Source of the DNA: Candidatus Saccharibacteria bacterium CPR2 | GTDB lineage: Bacteria; Patescibacteriota; Saccharimonadia; Saccharimonadales; QWHN01 | DNA: 64,000 nucleotides | Assembly: GCA_021404905.1 (NCBI GenBank) | Contig: QWHN01000001.1 | Coordinates: forward strand, 2,162 to 66,161 | Direction: 5' to 3' | Part shown: one piece after another, positions 1-6,283 of the stretch | Layout: each line of letters opens with the position of its first letter | Numbering within the stretch: position 1 is the first letter of the stretch | Notes under the pieces: model-generated | The model's database searches: none | What the model saw: only the letters and a program-made list of their open reading frames with translations | Told to the model about the DNA's origin: nothing | Translations under genes and position numbers: made by a program

Positions 1-323
1 ACACAGTTCAAAATTTTTTCTGTTTGATCTTCGTGAACTAATGGGAGTTGAACAATAATTCCATGAACTGCTTTATTGCCATTAAGCTGCTTGACAATGC
101 TTAGAGTGGTTTCTGGTGTTGTCTTGTAAATTTCCACCTCCACGCCGATATCTTCGCCATAGCTTTGCTTGAGCTTTACATAGGTGTTGATTACCGGATC
201 GTCTTTTTCCTGCACAATCGCAAGTTTTGGTGTGATTTTTAAAGATTGCCTTAAAAAACGCGCCTGTTTTGCTTGGCGCTCTTTGATAAATCCGGCTAGT
301 TCGTTGCCGTTCAACAACTTCAT
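1..323 (-). CDS. folD: Bifunctional methylenetetrahydrofolate dehydrogenase/cyclohydrolase FolD, N-terminal part (runs off window edge)
   Basis: Own translation of the minus strand from ATG at 323: MKLLNGNELAGFIKERQAKQARFLRQSLKITPKLAIVQEKDDPVINTYVKLKQSYGEDIGVEVEIYK...AVHGIIVQLPLVHED. The HGIIVQLPL motif is typical of FolD. Not in the supplied ORF track; the listed 82..342 ORF is a different frame. Confidence 0.75.
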   Translation of the reverse strand, partial: MKLLNGNELAGFIKERQAKQARFLRQSLKITPKLAIVQEKDDPVINTYVKLKQSYGEDIGVEVEIYKTTPETTLSIVKQLNGNKAVHGIIVQLPLVHEDQTEKILNC

Positions 324-366
324 AACAGTAGTAGCATAGCATAAGATTGCCGAGTATTGTTAAAAC

Positions 367-1113
367 TCATTTTTTGTTTTTTGATAATAATTGCTTGATT
401 TCATCTAATGATTCATTCATTTCTTTGATCTGTTTTTCATATTTTTCTATTTGTTTGCCCTTGGGCACAAATTTATTAGCCAAAAAACCCGTCAATACAC
501 CAAAGAGCCCAACGCCAGTTGACATCACCAAGACTCCAACAACTCTGCCACCGAGAGTTATTGGGTATTTATCTCCATATCCCACTGTTGTAATGGTCAC
601 ATATACCCACCATATCGCGTCACTGGCCGTATCAATATTCGCTTGAGGGTTTTTCATTTCCACATATAAAATTGCGATGCTTGCAAATTCAAGCAGTAAA
701 ATTATTAGAAAAATAATAGTAAATAGCGCGCTACTGGCTTGATTTTTTATTAATTCCCTCGCAACGTTCCTCAAACCTGTATCTTGAAAAGTTCTATATG
801 CTTTGATTATCCTGAAAATTCTAAAAATTTTAAATTGAGGCATAGGAAAGCTAGCAAGTAAATCCGCCCAACCGTATTCTCTTGCGAAATATTGTGGTTT
901 TGATTTTGCCCTAATCCATTTCCTTAAAAAATCAATAAAAAAGAAAATGCTCAGTAACAGATCAATGATGCCGATAACGTACAAAACGGCTTTGTCAGAG
1001 AAAGCAACATAAAGCACAATGTTTATGATGGAAAGTATTGACAGCAACGCAATAAATAGATCATATGGTTCAACCAGATTCTTATTAATCTGTTTTCTTT
1101 TTAACTCACTCAT
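367..1113 (-). CDS. Voltage-gated-type potassium channel (6TM, Ion_trans family)
   Basis: K+ selectivity filter TITTVGYGD. S4-like segment KIFRIFRIIKAYR with a basic residue every third position. Multiple hydrophobic helices. Confidence 0.85.
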   Translation of the reverse strand: MSELKRKQINKNLVEPYDLFIALLSILSIINIVLYVAFSDKAVLYVIGIIDLLLSIFFFIDFLRKWIRAKSKPQYFAREYGWADLLASFPMPQFKIFRIFRIIKAYRTFQDTGLRNVARELIKNQASSALFTIIFLIILLLEFASIAILYVEMKNPQANIDTASDAIWWVYVTITTVGYGDKYPITLGGRVVGVLVMSTGVGLFGVLTGFLANKFVPKGKQIEKYEKQIKEMNESLDEIKQLLSKNKK

Positions 1114-1563
1114 CTAAAGTATGCCGAGTTTAGTCAATACTACTCTGGAGGGTGAAGAGAGGGTTAGTTTATTTAGATCTGTGACTAAATGCCACTTTGC
1201 GTCAACAAAATCATCATCGCATTTTATAACAAGCTCATCTGCTGGCTGACCAACATGAACTAAGAAGTTATAGAACGTCATTTTAACCAGAACCTGTTCA
1301 TTTGTGCTCCTTAAGACCTTATTGCTCTCGCCCGTTAAAACTGTATCGAGAAGTTTCACATCAAAATTGGAAATATCAATTCCAACCTCTTCCAAAACCT
1401 CTCTTTGAACAGCTTCAAGTTTAGTTTCGCCCTTTTCAATTCCGCCACCCGGCACGAGCCAGGCACCTTTATAAACACCGCCTTCCCTGCTTTTTCCAAG
1501 CAAAAGATGGTTATCATTTGAAAATATAAATGCTCCAACTACTTTTCGATAAATTGTTCTCAT
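1114..1563 (-). CDS. NUDIX hydrolase
   Basis: Nudix box GGGIEKGETKLEAVQREVLEEVGI (GX5EX7REUXEEXGU). Confidence 0.85.
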   Translation of the reverse strand: MRTIYRKVVGAFIFSNDNHLLLGKSREGGVYKGAWLVPGGGIEKGETKLEAVQREVLEEVGIDISNFDVKLLDTVLTGESNKVLRSTNEQVLVKMTFYNFLVHVGQPADELVIKCDDDFVDAKWHLVTDLNKLTLSSPSRVVLTKLGIL

Positions 1564-2190
1564 CTATTTTTTAACTGGATGCCTTAGGATTGTGCGGAGT
1601 TTTTCGGGTGCAGTTCGCCGAGGGTCCCCAAAATATAATTCATGATGCTTGCCAACTGCCTCATAGCCCTGCTCCTTAGCATAGGCATGCATGCGCTCTA
1701 TATTAGGCTGCTCCTGATCGTAAGGGCCTATGTGCATTATTTGCACACAAGTTCCTTCGGTAAATTCTTGTAGTCTGGCCTTTTTGTAAACCTGGCTTTG
1801 TTTTTTAGCTATAAGTTCGTCTACAACCTCTTTAAAATATTTCGGAGTAACAAATTCTGGCAAGCGGATCATTACTGTCCATTTCCAGTCATCTGGATTT
1901 TTAGAGTCAAACATTTTGCCGCTTTTTGTCCACCACAGACCTTCTAGTGGTGCCATTGTAAATTTGGCATATCCTGGGGGTGTGGAGTGTTTTTTATCCC
2001 AAAATTTTATTGTATACACTACACCAAACAACGCTTGCATGGCCTGTTGAAACTCAGTTTCGCCTTTACCGGTAGTTTCTGGAGCTCCTTCGCCGTCTAC
2101 CATTACAAAAAGCATTTTGGGAACATCAATAATTTCTGGCGAGGGTTTGGCTTTATAGGTAGCGTCCTTTTTGAAATCTATAACTCGCAT
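1564..2190 (-). CDS. GyrI-like small-molecule-binding domain protein
   Basis: 208 aa. Overall resemblance to the GyrI-like/YdhF family (VMVDGEGAP...FQQAMQALFGVVYTIKF...HHELYFGDPRR). Abuts the upstream gene with no gap. Confidence 0.6.
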   Translation of the reverse strand: MRVIDFKKDATYKAKPSPEIIDVPKMLFVMVDGEGAPETTGKGETEFQQAMQALFGVVYTIKFWDKKHSTPPGYAKFTMAPLEGLWWTKSGKMFDSKNPDDWKWTVMIRLPEFVTPKYFKEVVDELIAKKQSQVYKKARLQEFTEGTCVQIMHIGPYDQEQPNIERMHAYAKEQGYEAVGKHHELYFGDPRRTAPEKLRTILRHPVKK

Positions 2191-2330
2191 ACTCTAAACT
2201 ATATTCCTTCCCTCTAATTTTTTCTATATAAGTTGTGGCAAAATTTTATATATTCGCGGTGGTATAGGTGCTCGATCGGTGGCGTGAAGGGCCACCGTGT
2301 ATGTTGTTGCAACTATCATCAGGCAAATGT

Positions 2331-2765
2331 CTAACGATTTGGTTTGATGAACTCTTCCCAAGATTTCATTTTCGACTTTGCAATGCTCTTTGGCTTAAAT
2401 CGAGCTTTTTTGTTATCAAAAATAAAGCGAAGTCGTTGATAGCTAATATAGCTCAAAATAATACCTGTGCTCGTACCAAGATTTAGACTTTCAACAATGC
2501 CACCCATAGGAATTTGAATGCATATATCAGCTTCTTCTGCTGCTTCTTTGGAAATGCCTCGTGATTCATTACCAAACCAGACCGCTAAACGCTTTTGAGT
2601 AAACGATTGTTCATAAAGATTTACATTGTTTTTGCTTTTAAAATGGGACGAGGTTACAGCAATCGTATAGCGATTCTCTCTGAGATGGGCTATACATTTT
2701 GAAGCAGTGTCGAATTGTTTTACAAAAACCCACTTATTAGCACCAACGCTGACACCAGTTTTCAA
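2331..2765 (-). CDS. SpoU/TrmH-family RNA 2'-O-methyltransferase, C-terminal two thirds (N-terminal motif 1 lies upstream of an in-frame TGA; possible pseudogene)
   Basis: SpoU motifs 2/3: VWFGNESRGISKEA and IQIPMGGIVESLNLGTSTGIILSYI. The ORF starts at a TTG and lacks motif 1. See the finding on the TGA at 2787-2789. Confidence 0.7.
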   Translation of the reverse strand: MKTGVSVGANKWVFVKQFDTASKCIAHLRENRYTIAVTSSHFKSKNNVNLYEQSFTQKRLAVWFGNESRGISKEAAEEADICIQIPMGGIVESLNLGTSTGIILSYISYQRLRFIFDNKKARFKPKSIAKSKMKSWEEFIKPNR

Positions 2766-2838
2766 TTTACTAATGATGGTGTATTGTCAACAATTTGGAG
2801 GAGCATGCTGCAAATTGTTGCAACTAAAATCCAGACGA

Positions 2839-3135
2839 CTACCTATATAGCAACAATCCAGTAACAATTAAGAAATCTATAACGAACCAAATTATCTGAG
2901 TGATAATAAATGGTTTAATTTTATGCAGGATTCCATATGCCAAAAATATTAGACCAAGCATCATAAAACCAAACCATGTCCACAATGAGACGCCACTTAC
3001 GTCATGAGTGGTGTAGATTGAATAGACCTGCGGCAGAGCCGTGAGGGGATGAATAATCGCAGCTCCACTCATTAAGTGGTCTACAATTGTAATTTCTTGT
3101 TTTCTTGTTAAGTGTTTGTATAGATGTAAAGACAT
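2839..3135 (-). CDS. SemiSWEET/PQ-loop family 3-TM sugar transporter-like protein
   Basis: 98 aa with three hydrophobic helices. PQ motif in TM1 followed by the conserved pattern (LTALPQVYSIYTTHDVSGVSLWTW). Confidence 0.7.
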   Translation of the reverse strand: MSLHLYKHLTRKQEITIVDHLMSGAAIIHPLTALPQVYSIYTTHDVSGVSLWTWFGFMMLGLIFLAYGILHKIKPFIITQIIWFVIDFLIVTGLLLYR

Positions 3136-3162
3136 TAAAGTAATTATATCAAACGCTTATGC

Positions 3163-3181
3163 TTGGAGGGCCATGTGGGAT
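3163..3181. repeat. Second copy of the tRNA-Lys(CTT) 3' end (19-bp perfect direct repeat of 3334-3352)
   Basis: TTGGAGGGCCATGTGGGAT occurs at 3163-3181 and again at 3334-3352, which is inside and just past the tRNA gene. Confidence 0.9.
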
Positions 3182-3299
3182 GACGCGCCTTCGCGCTATT
3201 CCGTCGATCCAGTGCTCGAAATAAATTTCTGCGCGCTTCACTCCTTACGAACCCATCGCTATGCGATATTGGGTTAGAATATACTCAACAAATACTCCA

Positions 3300-3327
3300 A
3301 TTTCAAAATCCCTCCTTCAGAGGGATT
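3300..3327 (-). terminator. Intrinsic terminator-like hairpin after tRNA-Lys(CTT)
   Basis: Minus-strand sense AATCCCTC-tgaag-GAGGGATT followed by a T-run, 7 nt after the tRNA CCA end. Confidence 0.5.
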
Positions 3328-3334
3328 CAGAAAT

Positions 3335-3411
3335 TGGAGGGCCATGTGGGATTCGAACCCACGACACGCGGCTTAAGAGGCCGCTGCTCTAACCAACTGA
3401 GCTAATGGCCC
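3335..3411 (-). tRNA. tRNA-Lys (anticodon CTT), CCA encoded
   Basis: Reverse complement GGGCCATTAGCTCAGTTGGTTAGAGCAGCGGCCTCTTAAGCCGCGTGTCGTGGGTTCGAATCCCACATGGCCCTCCA. It has a 7-bp acceptor stem, anticodon loop CTCTTAA and T-loop TTCGAAT. Confidence 0.9.
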
Positions 3412-3516
3412 ACACTTCGCTCCGGTTTTACACCGGAGCTACGAGGGGCTATTTGTGCGAGGTTGGTTCTACCAACTGCTAAGCCCATCGAAGCTCGAGC
3501 GCAAGCGAGTGCGAAG
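3412..3516 (-). repeat. tRNA-Lys-associated 'U' element, copy 1 (directly upstream of tRNA-Lys(CTT))
   Basis: It shares ordered blocks CTTCGCA, AGCTTCG, GCCCCTCGTAG and CGAAGTG with 48148-48234. It contains the hairpin CTCCGG-tgtaaaa-CCGGAG. Confidence 0.6.
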
Positions 3517-3534
3517 TTGGGAGCTAATGGCCCT

Positions 3535-3648
3535 CGTCGGAATTCACTATCAGCCTCCGTTTGATCGAATATACTCACAAACTTCAGCTTCTCGTTATTC
3601 CTCCTCTCAATTAATCAAACAGCTTTGCTTGGTTTGATTAATTGTTTT
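3535..3648 (+). repeat. Modular ~110-nt tRNA-trailer element, copy 1 (homologous to 21576-21686, minus strand)
   Basis: Perfect 20-mer CGTCGGAATTCACTATCAGC (3535-3554), then a 30-nt variable block. Next comes a perfect 21-mer CAGCTTCTCGTTATTCCTCCT (3585-3605). A 13-bp hairpin CAATTAATCAAAC/GTTTGATTAATTG (3608-3644) plus TTTT follows. Confidence 0.8.
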
Positions 3649-3951
3649 AAAACTACCAGACCTCTTCCACTTATTTAAGAATCTGGTATTCCGGGAAGGG
3701 TAGCGGACTCTGTCATTTTCCGCTCTGAAACTTTATCACGTTACCCCTGTTTACGCAATAATTTCAGACTGGCTTATTTATGCAAAATTACGACCAATAA
3801 CAAGGAATTCAATGCTAGCCTCCACCCCTCTCATAACTATGTTCTAATGCGACATTATTACAAAAAATAGAAAATACCCGAGAATATTTAAGCATTATCT
3901 ACTTGCCTAATATTATAATTTTGTTATAATTTTGCAGAGAAAGGCACTAAT

Positions 3952-4164
3952 ATGGCACAAAAAGTAATTAAGATTGGTAGCTCTTTGGGCGTTACTATAC
4001 CCAAAAAGGAAGTCAGCGATCTTAATATTATAGCTGGCGATGAAGTGGAAGTAATAATTCGAAAAAAATTTAGCCGAGTTGCAAAACACGAAAAGCTACT
4101 TAAACAGCTGGAAGATTTTATGCACGTATACGATAAAGACTTAAAGAACTTGGCTAAAAGATAG
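3952..4164 (+). CDS. AbrB/MazE/SpoVT-type antitoxin (Phd-like partner of Doc)
   Basis: 70 aa with the swapped-hairpin motif IKIGSSLGVTIPKKEV. The stop overlaps the toxin GTG start (TAGTG). Confidence 0.8.
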   Translation: MAQKVIKIGSSLGVTIPKKEVSDLNIIAGDEVEVIIRKKFSRVAKHEKLLKQLEDFMHVYDKDLKNLAKR

Positions 4165-4547
4165 TGAAATATCTTGATGCAGAAGAAATTTTACTCATCC
4201 ATCATCAGCTAATTAAGCGCTTTGGTGGTTTACACGGCACGCGAAATTTAGAACAAATAAGATCTGTAGCTATAGCCCCAGCGCAACATGTTTTTGACAA
4301 TAAACAATATAAAAGTATTTTTGACAAAGCGTCGGTGTATGCTCGAAATATTATTCTAGATCACCCATTTTATGATGGGAATAAGCGAACCGGCATTACA
4401 ACCGCCATCATGTTTCTTATGAAAAATGACTACAAATTTAGCGCCCAACCCGGGGAAATTGAAGAATTCGCATTCAAAATTGCAGTCAACAAACTGGGTA
4501 TTAAAGAAATATCAACTTGGCTTGAGAAACACGTGTCCTCAGTTTAG
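4164..4547 (+). CDS. doc: Doc (death-on-curing) / Fic-family toxin
   Basis: Doc/Fic motif HPFYDGNKRTG. Size of 127 aa and position downstream of a small AbrB-type antitoxin fit the family. Confidence 0.9.
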   Translation: MKYLDAEEILLIHHQLIKRFGGLHGTRNLEQIRSVAIAPAQHVFDNKQYKSIFDKASVYARNIILDHPFYDGNKRTGITTAIMFLMKNDYKFSAQPGEIEEFAFKIAVNKLGIKEISTWLEKHVSSV

Positions 4548-4669
4548 GATATAAACAATTTTGATACCCGGAGATGACCAGGCTTTATCTTCTTCCGCTC
4601 GACGTGAGTTCTTCAGCAAGCGCCAGCATATTCTACATCTGTACACTAGAGGTAGCCGCCTGAGTTTTA

Positions 4670-6211
4670 TTATGGCGTGTTAGCTGTAGATTTCGAAAAT
4701 CGCTTCAAAAACCACAGCTTTATATCATTGCGCCATTCCCAAATTCCGTATCCAGTTGCCACTAATGCGGCGATTCCAACAATCCACCACGCGCTGTTGC
4801 TTCCGCTCGGAACTGACTCAACATCGTTTGTACTAGCGGCATTTGCGACATTGGCACCGGCAACTTTTCGACACCTGTTTGTTTCCGGATTGCGTTCCTG
4901 TCCCGCCGGGCATGATTTTTGAGACGAACTTGCAGAAGCTACCGATTTACATCTGTTTGTCTCGGGGTTTCTCTCCTGGCCAGGTTTACACGGCTTTAGA
5001 GAATCGTCACTTTCAGAAGATTTTTTGCGGCAACGATTTGTTTCCGGATTGCGTTCTTGGTCGGGTTTGCAGGGGGTTAATCCGTCCTCTTCAGTACTAG
5101 AGCTGCTGCTGACAGATTGGCAATAACCAGTTTCTTCATTTCTTACTTGATCGGGCGAAGAACAAGGCTTGGTAGTTTGAGCTATATTTGCACTAGCAGG
5201 CGTAGGAGAATAAGTTTTTTGCCAATCATTCCCACCAAACCACGCCCAGGACACATCATCTTCAAGATCGCCGGGATAAGTAACTTCGCTAAGTTCATCA
5301 TCCTGCGCGCTCAATAAATAAACTGTTCCTCCAGAGGAATTCGGTAAAACAATTCCGGTTTGGGCGTCTGAGAAAGCACTATAGCCACCAGGGTTTACGG
5401 TGATATCTCCAAAACGGTAAATGTTGGTTTTGCCGGAAAGTTGCAAGCCACAGCTCGTTAGACTTATGTAGTCGCCTGTTGGGTTGTGGAGTTCTATAAA
5501 CTCATTGCCTGTATCAGAGCCTGCTGAGTTGGGCAGAATTTCGGAAATAACAATGCCCTCGCATGAAAAGCTGTTTATATTGTCGTTGTTAACCTGCTCA
5601 GTTTCATTAGAACATTCAGCCAAACTTCCCGGATTAATTTCATCATAAAGTTTAAAATCCGAAGAATTATTGTTACTGTCTGTTATCACACCGTCCTGAG
5701 AACAACGCTGTAATGATTTTCCTCTTGCTAAAGGTTCTGCTGGACTTTCCTCTGGACTATTAGCATTACCCCACCCTACTAAATCAACCGTCACCCCATC
5801 ATCACAATTACTTTCCACTGGTTGAGTTAAACGAACATGGCCACCTGAATCAGCCAGCCCGCTCGTCAAAACGCCATCTGAATTTTCCAGATATCCGGAT
5901 GTCGAGACTACAAAAAATTCATCGGCTTTTATGGTACCGGATAGCTGCGATTTTACCGTCCAGTTCGTGCCGGTCGCGGATTTATAAGACAAACACCAGT
6001 TATTAAACTCGACGTCCTCGCCCGAATTATTATAAAGCTCTACGAATTCCTGGCCTGAACTTTCGACACTTCCAGATTGGACTTCGCTAATCAAGATTTC
6101 TGGAACAGCGTCTGCATTTTCTTTTTCAATAGTTTGAGCCGCTATGCTCGCTGGAAAAACAAAAGCCACCACCACGGAAATTATTACCGATCTAAGCAGG
6201 CTCAACCCCAT
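4670..6211 (-). CDS. Secreted, C-terminally membrane-anchored protein with two lamin-tail domains and four Cys-bounded loop repeats
   Basis: Signal peptide MGLSLLRSVIISVVVAFVFPASIAAQ. Two LTD signatures (ISEVQSG...EFVELYNNSG and ISEILPNSAGSDTGNEFIELHNPTG). Repeats of the form C-x3-(Q/D)Q-x-RN-x-ET-x2-C, e.g. CKPGQERNPETNRC. C-terminal TM WWIVGIAALVATGYGIW. Confidence 0.8.
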   Translation of the reverse strand: MGLSLLRSVIISVVVAFVFPASIAAQTIEKENADAVPEILISEVQSGSVESSGQEFVELYNNSGEDVEFNNWCLSYKSATGTNWTVKSQLSGTIKADEFFVVSTSGYLENSDGVLTSGLADSGGHVRLTQPVESNCDDGVTVDLVGWGNANSPEESPAEPLARGKSLQRCSQDGVITDSNNNSSDFKLYDEINPGSLAECSNETEQVNNDNINSFSCEGIVISEILPNSAGSDTGNEFIELHNPTGDYISLTSCGLQLSGKTNIYRFGDITVNPGGYSAFSDAQTGIVLPNSSGGTVYLLSAQDDELSEVTYPGDLEDDVSWAWFGGNDWQKTYSPTPASANIAQTTKPCSSPDQVRNEETGYCQSVSSSSSTEEDGLTPCKPDQERNPETNRCRKKSSESDDSLKPCKPGQERNPETNRCKSVASASSSQKSCPAGQERNPETNRCRKVAGANVANAASTNDVESVPSGSNSAWWIVGIAALVATGYGIWEWRNDIKLWFLKRFSKSTANTP

Positions 6212-6283
6212 ATTGATTTAAATACTAAGATTATTTTGACGATTGGTCAATATTATTTTATTTGGCTTATGCTTAGCTATAGA

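Noticed and set aside
82-342. 86-aa minus-strand ORF from the supplied track
   Set aside because: It is in a different frame from, and fully overlapped by, a convincing FolD N-terminus (ATG at 323, HGIIVQLPL motif). Its own sequence is low-complexity R/C/K-rich.
2787-2789. Genome-wide UGA=Gly recoding (genetic code 25)
   Set aside because: Many well-supported genes in the window terminate at TGA, including the ATGA-coupled junctions pilM/pilN, pilO/next ORF and the 125-aa ORF/Clp ATPase. Long ORFs are intact under code 11. Only the single SpoU codon is anomalous.
3445-3538. Plus-strand long-arm tRNA-like fold (GAGGGGC...GGCCCTC with a GTTCTAC loop)
   Set aside because: The acceptor pairing is imperfect. 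There is no T-arm/TTCGA loop, and the D-arm cannot be formed. The similarity is explained by inverted fragments of tRNA-Lys and the U element.
3585-3620. Small ORF driven by the AGGAGG on the strand opposite the conserved 21-mer
   Set aside because: There is no ATG, GTG or TTG at a suitable distance. The reading frame is not conserved between the two element copies; the Gly-locus copy stops after a few codons.
3455-3637. 60-aa plus-strand ORF in the tRNA-Lys(CTT) flank
   Set aside because: It lies entirely within repeat modules and hairpins, has no SD, and is not conserved in the homologous copies. Most likely non-coding.
3691-3706. SRP (4.5S) RNA-like motif CCGGGAAGGGTAGCGG
   Set aside because: It only loosely resembles the GGAA-tetraloop/AGCA motif of SRP helix 8. 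The flanks do not form the required long hairpin, so it cannot be supported without a covariance-model search.
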